A DNA stretch of 64,000 bases from IMG/VR virus record IMGVR_UViG_2917802685_000001, positions 1-64,000 of that record; one strand, given 5' to 3'. Origin of the DNA: a virus. Taxonomy: Duplodnaviria; Caudoviricetes. Each line of letters begins with the position of its first letter. The first letter of the stretch is position 1. Below the pieces are notes generated by a model. It made no database searches, was not told the origin of the DNA, and saw only the letters and a list, made by a program, of their open reading frames with translations. This document shows positions 9,492 through 19,199 of the stretch, piece after piece. Both the position numbers and the translations under genes were made by a program.

Positions 9492-10282
9492 GCGGCTTCG
9501 TCCTCCTCTTCGATGATGCCCTTCATGGCGTGGCGAACCAGCAGCCCCCACTCCTCCAGGTCGGCCCTCTTCGGCACGGTGTTCCACGACCGAACGTGGT
9601 GCGGCGCCTTGCTGATGTCGAAGTAGGGGTGGAGGAACGGCGGCGGCACGAAGTCCTCGTCGATGTCGCTGAGGTCTTCGGCCATCGCCTCCCGCTCTTC
9701 CTCGGGCAGGGTGCTGTTGAAGTCGCACTTCACGAAGAAGTTGTAGACGTCGAGCCCCTCGGTGTTGAGGATTGCCGCGCGGGAGGCCGTCTGCAGGGTC
9801 GCCTGGATGCGGTCCGTTTCCCACCCGGACGGCGCACTCGGCATGAAGAGCAGACGCCCCTCCGCGCAGAGGTCGATGAAGGTCTCCTTGTCGCCTCCAC
9901 CGAGGTCCACGATGATGACGTCGTACTCGGACTTGAGGGGCTTCAGCCGCTTCTTGAGCGGGATGGCGTCCGCGCCCTTGGTCGGGTGCACGATCAGCGT
10001 GAAGGGGATCTTGTCGCCCAGCGCCTCGTGCGTGGCGACCCAGCGGGCGATGGACTGCGAGTTGTCGTCGGTGTCGACCACCACGACCTTGAGGTTCAGC
10101 ACCAGGGCGAAGTAGAGGGCCAGGTAGAGCACAGAGGTGCTCTTGCCGGTGCCGCCCTTCAGGATGCCGACCCCGATGATGAAGCCTCTACGGGTCTTGA
10201 CCCACTTGACGATGGACTGAACCGGGGCCATCAGGCGGCGAAGTTCCTTCTCCGTCTTCGGCTCGTGTCTCCAGTTGGACAT
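9488..10282 (-). CDS. parA: ParA family partition ATPase
   Basis: Deviant Walker A KGGTGKST, VVVVDTD, DVIIVD; AGGAG RBS before ATG at 10282. Confidence 0.85.
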   Translation of the reverse strand: MSNWRHEPKTEKELRRLMAPVQSIVKWVKTRRGFIIGVGILKGGTGKSTSVLYLALYFALVLNLKVVVVDTDDNSQSIARWVATHEALGDKIPFTLIVHPTKGADAIPLKKRLKPLKSEYDVIIVDLGGGDKETFIDLCAEGRLLFMPSAPSGWETDRIQATLQTASRAAILNTEGLDVYNFFVKCDFNSTLPEEEREAMAEDLSDIDEDFVPPPFLHPYFDISKAPHHVRSWNTVPKRADLEEWGLLVRHAMKGIIEEEDEAA

Positions 10283-10357
10283 GCTCTCAGCTCCTAGGCG
10301 GGGTTGTCGGGGCCTATCTTGCCGCATGATCGGCACCTGTTTCGTCGTTTGGAGCCG

Positions 10358-10402
10358 TGTTCGAGCAATGTGCCGCGCCCGCAAGGGGTGAGGAGGTGGC
10401 TC
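10358..10402 (+). promoter_or_regulatory. Late-gene motif upstream of gp25
   Basis: TGTTC at 10358, AAGGGGTGA at 10383. Confidence 0.6.
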
Positions 10403-10831
10403 ATGAAGACGTTGGCGCTCGTCGGCGGGGACCTGGCACTGGGTGACGGCGGCTACCGGACGCTCACCGGCGCGGCCCGTATCCGACAGGACCTGGCACT
10501 CGCGCTCGCCGAGCCGTACGGCCACGACACCTACCACCCGCAGTTCGGGTCGGTGCTGGCCTCGCACATCGGCGAGCCACTGACTCCAGAGCTGGAGCTG
10601 CTCGTGCGCGCCGAGGTCGTGCGTGTGGTCCAGCAGTACGTGGACGGCCAGCAGGCCCAGATCGCGGCCGACGCTCTGTCCGGCTCCCGGAGCCGGTTCA
10701 GCTTCCAGGATGTAGTGCAGTCGGTGCAGTCCATCAACACGGATATCCAGTACGACACGATCAAGGTGACGATCGCGCTGAAGACGCAGTCCGGCGGAAC
10801 GGTCCGGGTGCTGCGGACGGTGAGCACCTGA
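10403..10831 (+). CDS. Baseplate wedge protein, gp25/W-like
   Basis: ATG at 10403 after GGAGG; EPYGHDTYHPQFGS motif; precedes baseplate J. Confidence 0.75.
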   Translation: MKTLALVGGDLALGDGGYRTLTGAARIRQDLALALAEPYGHDTYHPQFGSVLASHIGEPLTPELELLVRAEVVRVVQQYVDGQQAQIAADALSGSRSRFSFQDVVQSVQSINTDIQYDTIKVTIALKTQSGGTVRVLRTVST

Positions 10832-10838
10832 CTTTTGC

Positions 10839-10891
10839 TGTGCGGCGCCTCCCTCTCGCCCTCAAGGGGTGACGAGAAGGAGGGCGCCGCA
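10839..10891 (+). promoter_or_regulatory. Late-gene motif with RBS-occluding hairpin
   Basis: TGTGC at 10839, AAGGGGTGA at 10864; arms 10841-10858/10873-10891. Confidence 0.7.
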
Positions 10892-12741
10892 TGGGTGTTT
10901 CCAGGGACGACATCGTCTCGCAGATGCGGGATGCGCTGCTGGTCTCCGACCCGGAGCTGGACACGTCCATCGGCACCCCGGCGCGGAAGATCCTGGACGC
11001 GGTCTCCGCGTCGCTGGCGGACGCGTACGTGGAGAACCACCTGCTGTCGTACGCCTACGACATCGACAGTAAGACCGACGCCGACCTGGACTCCTTCTGC
11101 CAGCTGTTCGGCATCGCGCGGATCGCGGCCCGGCGCTCGGTCGGAACGGTGACCTTCTCCCGGACCGGCGACCTGACCCCGACGGTGTTCATCCCGGTCG
11201 GCACGGAGATCGCGTCCTCGTCGAACTCCTCGATCGTGGTCACCACGGTGGTCGGCGGCACGCTGATGCCGGGCGCCTCCTCGGTCACGGTGCCGGTCCA
11301 GGCCGTGACGGCCGGGCCCGAGGGCAACCTGGGCGCCGGGATGGCTACCCAGATCACCTCCCCGATCCAGGGTGTCAACACCGTCACCAACACGGCGGCC
11401 CTGACCGCTGGCATGTCGCGGGAGACCGACTCGGAGCTGCGGACCCGCTGGAAGTCCACGGTGTTCCGGTCGCTGGCCGGGACGGAGCAGATGTACCGAG
11501 GCGTCGCACTGGACGACGGCGACTGCTACGCGGTGTCCGTCGTCGGCTCCTCGCGGACGCGGTCGGAGATCCTGCAGGTGCCCGTCAGCGGCAACACGGT
11601 CTGCCAGATCACGGACGCCCGCTACATCTACTCCTCGCCGGTGCAGGTGACGAAGTCCGACGGCACGCCGCTGATCAAGGACTACGACTACACCTGGGTT
11701 CCGGCGAACCCGCCCCAGATCGCGGGGTTGTCGGCGTCGTTCCCTGCGGCCGGTGAGCTGCTCACGGTGGCGTACCAGTACCTGCCGGTGGTGAGCCGGA
11801 ACGACCCGGCGAACAACATCACAAACAGAGTGGACCTCTTCGTCGGCGGCACCCGGGCGCAGTCGGCGCAGACGGCGCTGGTGTTCAAGCAGAGCAAGGT
11901 GTTTCAGACCGTCTCGACGCTGGACCTGTACACCGGGGCATGGCTGCGGTCGGACCAGACGCGGCCGGTCGCCAGCAACGTGTTCGTGCCGCTGCCGTTC
12001 GGGCCGATCGTGACCGTGCCGTCCACGCTGTCGGTCGCGGGGACGACATACGGCCTGGCGTCCACGGCGCACCCGCTGGGCACGGTGGCCAACGGCGTGA
12101 CGTACGCCTACACGGTCGTCCACGAGGACACGGTGGACGGCTGGACGCCGACCTCGCGGTTCGGCCTGGAGTGGCACCACACCTACCTGCCCGCCGACGG
12201 CTCGCCGATCTCCGTGGGTGGCAACGGCGACTACACCTACAACGAGGTGCCGTCCTCGGTCCAGGATGCGGTCAACCGGTGGAGGTTGACCGGCATCGAC
12301 GCCAAGGTGCACCAGGCCAAGCAGCGCTGGCTCCGGTTCTCGCTGGGCGTGATGTACACGGTGTCGTCCACCGGGTCGGTTGACTCGGTCCAGGAAGCCA
12401 TCCGGTCCGCCTTGAGTGACTACCTGAACCGGATGGACTTCAACAGCAACGTCCAGATCAGCGACGTCCTCGCGGTCATCCACCAGGTGCCCGGCGTGGA
12501 CAACTGCCGCCTGCTCAATGGCGCGGACGTGACCGGCTACAGCTCGGCCAACCCGAACGCGTCGATCGTGGGCGTCCAGCAGATCGCCCCGAACTCGGCC
12601 CCGAACTCGGCCGCGCTGTCCTCCTACGTCGATGCGCCGACCGGCCGGGCCAAGGACATCTACTTCCGCGACGACGAACTGCCCGTGCTCGGCGGCGTGG
12701 TCTTCAAGACCCTCGCCCGGAACTCCTTCGGGGTGCTGTGA
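10891..12741 (+). CDS. Baseplate J-like protein
   Basis: GTVTF, VQAVTAGPEGN and GMSRETDSELRTR motifs; C-terminal QVPGVDN. Confidence 0.85.
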   Translation: MGVSRDDIVSQMRDALLVSDPELDTSIGTPARKILDAVSASLADAYVENHLLSYAYDIDSKTDADLDSFCQLFGIARIAARRSVGTVTFSRTGDLTPTVFIPVGTEIASSSNSSIVVTTVVGGTLMPGASSVTVPVQAVTAGPEGNLGAGMATQITSPIQGVNTVTNTAALTAGMSRETDSELRTRWKSTVFRSLAGTEQMYRGVALDDGDCYAVSVVGSSRTRSEILQVPVSGNTVCQITDARYIYSSPVQVTKSDGTPLIKDYDYTWVPANPPQIAGLSASFPAAGELLTVAYQYLPVVSRNDPANNITNRVDLFVGGTRAQSAQTALVFKQSKVFQTVSTLDLYTGAWLRSDQTRPVASNVFVPLPFGPIVTVPSTLSVAGTTYGLASTAHPLGTVANGVTYAYTVVHEDTVDGWTPTSRFGLEWHHTYLPADGSPISVGGNGDYTYNEVPSSVQDAVNRWRLTGIDAKVHQAKQRWLRFSLGVMYTVSSTGSVDSVQEAIRSALSDYLNRMDFNSNVQISDVLAVIHQVPGVDNCRLLNGADVTGYSSANPNASIVGVQQIAPNSAPNSAALSSYVDAPTGRAKDIYFRDDELPVLGGVVFKTLARNSFGVL

Positions 12742-14075
12742 TGGCAGACGACTTCCTCCACCAGGGCGACGGCACCTTCGGGACCGCCGTCATCCCGGGC
12801 GGCCTGATCCCGCTGCAGGCCGACGTCACCGTGCCGCAGTCCACCGCGCTGGCCAGCGGCACCGGCATGCTCGTGGCCGACACGGCCGTCGCCGAGCAGC
12901 TGCGTCACTTCCCCGAGGAGGTCTACGACCTCCGGCCCACCAGCCACCTGGTCCGCCTGATGCAGGCGCTCCTCGGGGACTCCGGCGTCGGCCAGCTCCG
13001 CAAGCGGCTGCTGGTGGCCCAGATGCAGAGCCTGTCCGTCTCGGGGGCAAGGTTTTTCGATCTCGACCGGTTCTACGGGGCGATCTTCAACGCCACCAGG
13101 AACGACGCCGAGGTCCTGCCGATCAACCCCATGGAGACGGCGACCGCCACGGCCGCCGAGTGGGACTCGATCGAGGCCGCCGACGCCTCCTTCCGGGACC
13201 GGATGACCGCGCTGGCCAAGGCCATCGCGATGGGTGGCACCGTGCCGGGCCTGCAGGCTGCGGCCGAGGCCATCACCGGCGTCGAGGTCGACGTCTACGA
13301 GTCCTGGGCGCTGCTCGACGCCGCTGGGGACACGGACGAGACCGCGCACGACTGGGCCTGGATGGAGGCCGGTCACTGGAGCGACTACGAGGGCGAGATC
13401 TGGGGCACCTTGGAGGGCACGCCGTTCTACGGCCGCTCCGGCTCCCTGACCCGCTCCGAGGTCCTGGTCCGGGTCAACCGCGACTACCCGACCACCCCGG
13501 AGGGCCGGGCTCAGCAGGCCAGCGACGAGTCGGCGCTGGTGCGCGTTCTTGAGCGGATCAAGCCCGCTCACATGCTTCTCACGGTCGACACGCAGGGCAC
13601 CTCAGCCCTGGTGGCGCGCGGCATCGCCGGGGTGCGCTCGGACAGCGAGAACTGGGAGATCGTCCCTCAAGTCACCCCGAGCCAGGTGCCGACCAGCACG
13701 AACCCCTACCCGCTGTCGGCGATCCAGCAGCAGGACGGGGTGAACCCGAGTTCGGCCCGGGTGCTGCCCCGGCCGCCGCTGACCACCCGGCTCGGGGACG
13801 AGTGGTCGTACGGCCAGCAGGTCCCGACCTGCCGCTCCTACGCGGTCAACCCCGACGACCCGGCCGACTTCACCACACCTGGACCGGTGCCAGACGCCGA
13901 CCTTGACTCGGATGACCAGACGGTTGTCTGGCGTGACGGCACCTTGACCGTCTACCGGGCCTCCCTCGGCGCGCTCGACCCGCTGCTGAGCCACGCCGCG
14001 CGTGCCGGAGGCGACGGAGTGCTCATCGCCAACCCGTACTCCGGTGACCGCCGCACCGTCCTGACGACCGACTGA
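12741..14075 (+). CDS. Baseplate wedge protein (gpI-like)
   Basis: Follows J; GGTVPGL and LERIKPAH motifs. Confidence 0.6.
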   Translation: MADDFLHQGDGTFGTAVIPGGLIPLQADVTVPQSTALASGTGMLVADTAVAEQLRHFPEEVYDLRPTSHLVRLMQALLGDSGVGQLRKRLLVAQMQSLSVSGARFFDLDRFYGAIFNATRNDAEVLPINPMETATATAAEWDSIEAADASFRDRMTALAKAIAMGGTVPGLQAAAEAITGVEVDVYESWALLDAAGDTDETAHDWAWMEAGHWSDYEGEIWGTLEGTPFYGRSGSLTRSEVLVRVNRDYPTTPEGRAQQASDESALVRVLERIKPAHMLLTVDTQGTSALVARGIAGVRSDSENWEIVPQVTPSQVPTSTNPYPLSAIQQQDGVNPSSARVLPRPPLTTRLGDEWSYGQQVPTCRSYAVNPDDPADFTTPGPVPDADLDSDDQTVVWRDGTLTVYRASLGALDPLLSHAARAGGDGVLIANPYSGDRRTVLTTD

Positions 14076-14078
14076 CCC

Positions 14079-14127
14079 TGTCCGGTCCTCCTCAGCCGCC
14101 CTCAAGGGGTGAGCTGAGGAGGACCGG
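14079..14127 (+). promoter_or_regulatory. Late-gene motif inside a perfect 15-bp RBS-occluding inverted repeat
   Basis: TGTCC at 14079, AAGGGGTGA at 14104; CCGGTCCTCCTCAGC 14082-14096 / GCTGAGGAGGACCGG 14113-14127. Confidence 0.75.
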
Positions 14128-17100
14128 TGGCTGACCTGTACCCGAATTACGCTGCGCTGGCAGCCGCGCGGCAGATCGGTGTGGACTACCGCATTCTGGT
14201 CCGTACGCCGCCCGGCTCCCGGCTGGCGCACATCGCCATCCACGGCGGTGGCATCGAGCCGGGTACCACGGAGATCGCGGACTACCTGGCTGGGTCGGCG
14301 AGCCGGTTCTACTCCTTCGACGGCATGCTGTCCTCGGGGAACAGCAACCTGCACATCACCTCGACGAACTACGACGAGCCGCAGGCCCTGGACCTGGTGG
14401 CCGCCGCCGACTACGTCATCTCCTGGCACGGCGCCGCCGGAAGCGACCCGGTCACCTTCGTCGGCGGCCTGGACACGGAGACCGGCGAGCGGATCAAGGA
14501 CGCCCTGGAGCAGGCAGGGTTCACGGTTGCGGCTGGCAGCGACGAGCTGAACGGCAGCGACCCGGCGAACATCACCAACAAGGACGCCCGGCTCATGGGC
14601 GTGCAGATGGAGCTGTCGCTGGCGCAGCGACAGTCCTTCTTCGAGGACTTCACCCGGGTCGGGCGGGACAGCGGGGCGCGCACCTCTGACTTCTACTCCT
14701 ACATGACCGCGATCCAGACGGCACTCAACGGTCTGGATGTACCGGGCAAGGCTGTCGGCTCGGCGTGGAAGGGCCGGGTTGCCCAGCCCGTGACCGGCAC
14801 CGGGTCGGCGTCGGGTGACTTCGGGATCCCGGCGCTGGCTCCCTTGACCGTGGACGGCATGCCCCTTGACTCGCTCAAGGACGCGCTGCGCCTGTCAACC
14901 CAGCGTCAGGCGGCAGGCAACACGGAGCGGTTCTGGTCAAGCCCGCCGCGCGACAACGGTGACCCGACACGGGACGTCTTCGAGTTCTCCCTGTCCACCT
15001 CCCGGCCGGTCAACCGCATCTCGTTCTCCCTGGCCCGGTTCCCCCAGCGGGCCTGGGTGCAGTACCGCGACGCCGACGGGCTGTGGCAGCCACTGCAGAA
15101 CGCGCGCCTGGGCGGCCCGGTCCAGATCAGCATCCTGGACTCAGTCCCGGCAGTCATCCCGCCGGGTGTACCGGACAACCTCAAGTTGCACCCGCAGCAC
15201 TTCGGCGCCGGGCACTGGATGGCGCAGGAGGTCGACGTCCAGCCGGTCGCCGCGAGCCGGTTCAGGATCATCATGACCCGCCTGCCGTCGTCGGCGTACC
15301 CGCGCGGCTCGGACAACCAGCCGGTGTCGTACTCGCTGGGAGTCAAGGACGCGCTGGTGTCCTACCGTGCCTCCAGCTTGACTGACCTACCGTGGCTACC
15401 TCAGCAGGACGCCGAGCACACGGTGCCGATCGCCGGGTCAACCGACCTGCTCGGCTCCCAGGTTGACTACCTGCTCCGGCGCAACCGGGCAGACAACCTG
15501 GTGCCGCCCGCGTCCGGCGTGTGGCGGTGCGCGCCGCAGCCGGTCCCGAACGCCGTGGCGAGCCTGTACCTGGACCTGCGGACCTCGGACGGCAGCGCTC
15601 AAGTCGTCGACCGGCTGTACCTTGACCCGGTCACGTCCGGGGTTTCGTGCAACCTGTACTACACCGACGCCACGGTGGTACCCGAGCGGTTCGAGCCGTG
15701 CGACACCCCGCTGACCTCGCCTCTTGTCCGGGCAAGCACGGACACCCCGGCCGTTGACAGTGAGGGCGTGCTGTTTGACTCGGTCAACTCCTACCTGGAC
15801 GTGGACAACAGGGCCTGTCAGTTCGACCCGACCCAGCCTTTCCTGCTGGGCATGGTGGTCTACCCCCAGTTCACCTCCGGCGACACCGGACAGTTCACCG
15901 TCCTGGACACCCCGGCCCTGACCGTCTGGATCGAGTCCGGGTCGGTCAAGGTGCGCCTGGGCGACCGCACGATGGAGATGGACCCGCTCACCTTCGGAGT
16001 CAACGAGCGCATCCCACTGGCGGTTGCCTACGACGGGTCGACCTTGACCGTGCGCACCCCGTGGTTGACCCGGATCCAGGAGGCAACCCACGTCGTTGAC
16101 CAGGCGCCCCCGAACGTGATCCGGCTCGGCGGCCCGCTCTCCGGTCCGGGCGGCTCGATCCGGCTGCGCAACCTCTTCCTCGCGCTCGGCCGGGCCGCCG
16201 ACGTCGACACCATCGAGGAGTACTGGGACGCCCCGGCCTCCTACGCCCTCAGCCCCGGCTACGGGAAGGACGCCACCGCACACACCAGCGCCAGCGCGAT
16301 CCTGCGCATGGACCCCAGCCTGATCACGGCCGGGGAGGACTCGGTGTGCCCGTGGGGCCTGATCGGCGGGCCGCCGGTCGCCCTGGACGACCTGGTGTGG
16401 ACGCCAGTCCCCGGGGACTTCGTCCTGCGCAAGGGGCTGATGAAGTTCCGGCCGATCAAGGCCCGGCACCTCAAGATGGAGTTCACCAACCTGCAGCCGA
16501 TGGTGCTCACGCCGTCCCAGGCCAGCCCGCTGGTGGAGACCAGGCTGTTCCCGGCCGACACCGGGCAGAAGGGCTCCAGCATCGTCGCCTCCGGCACAGA
16601 GGTCTCTGGCGCGGCCCCGGCGGGCGCCCGGGTCGCCACCGAGCAGGGCGCGGTCTACCAGTACGTGGACGCCAACCGGATCGTGTCCTCCACGGCCAGC
16701 AACGTCCCGTACCTGGCCACGGAGGCCCTGTACGCGCCGGACCCGCTCGCGGCGCAGCAGTTGCGCCGCTCCGGGCAGCGGTTCCCGTACATGCCGCTGC
16801 CGGGTACCAAGGCGCCGCGCTTCACCAGCACGGGCGTGCACCGCTACCACGTGGTGCAGATGGCCATGGACACGAAGGTGGGCTACACCGTGGCGATCAG
16901 CCAGGTGCTGGCCTACCTGGCCGACCCGGTCGCGCAGCGGGACACCGAGCAGTACGTCGAGTTGTTCCACGACACGGCCTACCTGTCCGGCTACGACGCG
17001 TCCCAGCAGGGCGGCTGGAAGCACAACGGCACCGCGATGGTCACCACCGAGCAGCCGTCGTCCGACGGCGCGCAGGCGGTCTCCAAGACGTTCGTGTCCA

Positions 17101-18311
17101 AGAGGCGTGTGCTGGCGGTGCAGTTCGCCTCGCAGACGTCCCAGCCCAAGCAGCTGGTCGCCGACCCGGACTTCGACGACCCGAGCCTCCATTTCTGGCG
17201 GCCGGTCGGCGACGCCACGGCGGAGTCCTCGAACGAGTTCGCCTCCACGATCGGCCGCATGGCCAAGGTCGCTCGCGGCCACTCGGCGTCCTCCTGGGGC
17301 TCGCTGGAGTCCCGCTTCCCGACCTGGGGTGACTTCGAGGACTCCGACCCGCTGCCGAACCGGCCGCTGTGGTGGGAGATCGAGAACGCCACCTCGCAGG
17401 CCGACTTCGGCGGCATCGAGTCGCTGCGGCCGGTGACCCCGGCTCCGCGCGGCCGTCTGTACGCGGCGGCTCGCGTCTACACCGACGGTCCGCTGGCCGC
17501 GCCGCTGCTGCTGCAGCTGGTCAACGGCGACGGCCGGATCATCGCCTCGTCCTCGCACAGCTTCGACTCGGCGCAGATCGGTGAGTGGTACGTGGGTGCC
17601 ACCGTCGACACCAGCCCGCCCAACCCGCTCACCTGGGACGCCGTGTCGGTCCATGGCACCCGCAAGTGGTCGGAGATGGAGACCCTCGGCATGTGGGGCG
17701 ACGTCGCCCAGGACTGGGACGTGGACGACGTCCACGACGTCCGCGTCCGGGTCATCCAGGAGGGCAGCGCGGGCACCGGCGTGTGGCACGTCGACTCGCT
17801 GGCGGTCTTCAACGACCCGATCATCTGGGAGATCTCCCGCGACGGCGGCGTGAACTGGTACGAGATGATCGACATCAAGAACAACCCGCGCGGCGTCTTC
17901 CAGTTCCCGGACCTGCCCAACACCGACCGCTCCGGCGGCACGCAGCTGCGCTGGAGGGCCACCGGCTACGCCTCCGACCTGTCACTGTCCTCGGTCATCC
18001 TGCGGCCCTGGTACGCCACGCTGAGCGGCGCGGTGCCCTATCAGGACACTCTGCAGGCCGCCGGGGCCGCCAGCTCCCTGGCCGACTACTACCCGCCGGT
18101 GGACTCCGACCCGCTGTTCCAGGGCTGGACCAGCCCCATCCCCGAGGACTGGTGGCTCGCGTTCCGCCAGTGGATGCAGCAGAACGCCCCGAAGACCGAC
18201 CCGCTGCCCACGATCACCCTGCCCGACGCGGTGGCCGAGGGCACCAACGAGGGCGCTCCGCCCGCGCTGGCTCGCCACATCCTCACCGACGCCTTCGTCC
18301 TCAACCGCTAA
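14127..18311 (+). CDS. Large tail protein with N-terminal poly-gamma-glutamate hydrolase (PghP-like) domain
   Basis: IAIHGGGIEPGTTEIA, LHITSTNYDEP, VISWHG and GVQMELS motifs of the PghP family, then beta-sandwich-like regions; 1394 aa. Confidence 0.75.
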   Translation: MADLYPNYAALAAARQIGVDYRILVRTPPGSRLAHIAIHGGGIEPGTTEIADYLAGSASRFYSFDGMLSSGNSNLHITSTNYDEPQALDLVAAADYVISWHGAAGSDPVTFVGGLDTETGERIKDALEQAGFTVAAGSDELNGSDPANITNKDARLMGVQMELSLAQRQSFFEDFTRVGRDSGARTSDFYSYMTAIQTALNGLDVPGKAVGSAWKGRVAQPVTGTGSASGDFGIPALAPLTVDGMPLDSLKDALRLSTQRQAAGNTERFWSSPPRDNGDPTRDVFEFSLSTSRPVNRISFSLARFPQRAWVQYRDADGLWQPLQNARLGGPVQISILDSVPAVIPPGVPDNLKLHPQHFGAGHWMAQEVDVQPVAASRFRIIMTRLPSSAYPRGSDNQPVSYSLGVKDALVSYRASSLTDLPWLPQQDAEHTVPIAGSTDLLGSQVDYLLRRNRADNLVPPASGVWRCAPQPVPNAVASLYLDLRTSDGSAQVVDRLYLDPVTSGVSCNLYYTDATVVPERFEPCDTPLTSPLVRASTDTPAVDSEGVLFDSVNSYLDVDNRACQFDPTQPFLLGMVVYPQFTSGDTGQFTVLDTPALTVWIESGSVKVRLGDRTMEMDPLTFGVNERIPLAVAYDGSTLTVRTPWLTRIQEATHVVDQAPPNVIRLGGPLSGPGGSIRLRNLFLALGRAADVDTIEEYWDAPASYALSPGYGKDATAHTSASAILRMDPSLITAGEDSVCPWGLIGGPPVALDDLVWTPVPGDFVLRKGLMKFRPIKARHLKMEFTNLQPMVLTPSQASPLVETRLFPADTGQKGSSIVASGTEVSGAAPAGARVATEQGAVYQYVDANRIVSSTASNVPYLATEALYAPDPLAAQQLRRSGQRFPYMPLPGTKAPRFTSTGVHRYHVVQMAMDTKVGYTVAISQVLAYLADPVAQRDTEQYVELFHDTAYLSGYDASQQGGWKHNGTAMVTTEQPSSDGAQAVSKTFVSKRRVLAVQFASQTSQPKQLVADPDFDDPSLHFWRPVGDATAESSNEFASTIGRMAKVARGHSASSWGSLESRFPTWGDFEDSDPLPNRPLWWEIENATSQADFGGIESLRPVTPAPRGRLYAAARVYTDGPLAAPLLLQLVNGDGRIIASSSHSFDSAQIGEWYVGATVDTSPPNPLTWDAVSVHGTRKWSEMETLGMWGDVAQDWDVDDVHDVRVRVIQEGSAGTGVWHVDSLAVFNDPIIWEISRDGGVNWYEMIDIKNNPRGVFQFPDLPNTDRSGGTQLRWRATGYASDLSLSSVILRPWYATLSGAVPYQDTLQAAGAASSLADYYPPVDSDPLFQGWTSPIPEDWWLAFRQWMQQNAPKTDPLPTITLPDAVAEGTNEGAPPALARHILTDAFVLNR

Positions 18312-18320
18312 GGAGCCGAC

Positions 18321-19142
18321 GTGCGCGCGCACTTCAACCGCGCCCTGCTCGACCTGCAGGGCAACCAGGTGCCCACCGCCACGGTGCGGCTCCTGGTCCC
18401 CGGCACCACCACCTTCTACGGCCAGACCATCTACGCCCAGGCCACCGGCGGCACGACCTACACCAACCCGTGGACGGTCACGACCGGCGAGGTGGACTTC
18501 TACCTCGACGCCCCGGACCGCGTACGGATCGGCGTCCAGGTCGGCACGGACCCAGAGGAGTTCTGGGACAACGTCGATGTGACCGCCGTCAACTCCGACT
18601 CCACCCACCCCGGCGCCGGGGCCCAGTCCCTCCAGATCGGCGTCGGCGCGAACGCCACCGGCGTGCACGCCACCGCCCTCGGCCAGGGCACCCAGGCGAC
18701 CGCCGACTCCACCGTGGCCCTGGGCGAGCAGGCGACGGCCTCCGACATCGGCGCGCTGGCCGCAGGCTCCCAGTCGGACGCCACGGCGCCCGGGGCCGTA
18801 GCCATCGGCCAGTCGGCGCTGGCTCAGGGCTCCCAGTCGACGGCCGTCGGCGACGCGGCGCGGGCGATGTTCAACCGCTCTGTCGCGATCGGAGCAGGCG
18901 CCCAGACCGACCGGCCGCACCAGATCGTCTTCGGTACGGCGGCCGACACCGCTTTCTTCCCCGGCGGGATCGCGCTGCAGAGCCCCAGCGGGCTGACCTT
19001 CATGCTCGCCGTCGCCGACGACGGGCTGCTGTACACCCAGCAGCTGCCCACCTATGTGCCGCCGCCGGAGCCGGACGAGGGCACGGGTGAAAGCTCGGGC
19101 GACGGCGGGGACCCGCTGCCGGGTGACACCGGCGGAGGCTGA
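18321..19142 (+). CDS. Tail fibre with YadA-head-like repeats
   Basis: About 14-aa repeats such as ATALGQGTQATADS. Confidence 0.65.
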   Translation: MRAHFNRALLDLQGNQVPTATVRLLVPGTTTFYGQTIYAQATGGTTYTNPWTVTTGEVDFYLDAPDRVRIGVQVGTDPEEFWDNVDVTAVNSDSTHPGAGAQSLQIGVGANATGVHATALGQGTQATADSTVALGEQATASDIGALAAGSQSDATAPGAVAIGQSALAQGSQSTAVGDAARAMFNRSVAIGAGAQTDRPHQIVFGTAADTAFFPGGIALQSPSGLTFMLAVADDGLLYTQQLPTYVPPPEPDEGTGESSGDGGDPLPGDTGGG

Positions 19143-19152
19143 CGCCGGTTGC

Positions 19153-19199
19153 TGTGCCACGCCTCCCTTGTGACCGAAGGGGTGACGAGGGAGGCGAAG
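19153..19199 (+). promoter_or_regulatory. Late-gene motif with RBS-occluding hairpin
   Basis: TGTGC at 19153, AAGGGGTGA at 19177; GCCTCCCT/AGGGAGGC arms. Confidence 0.65.
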
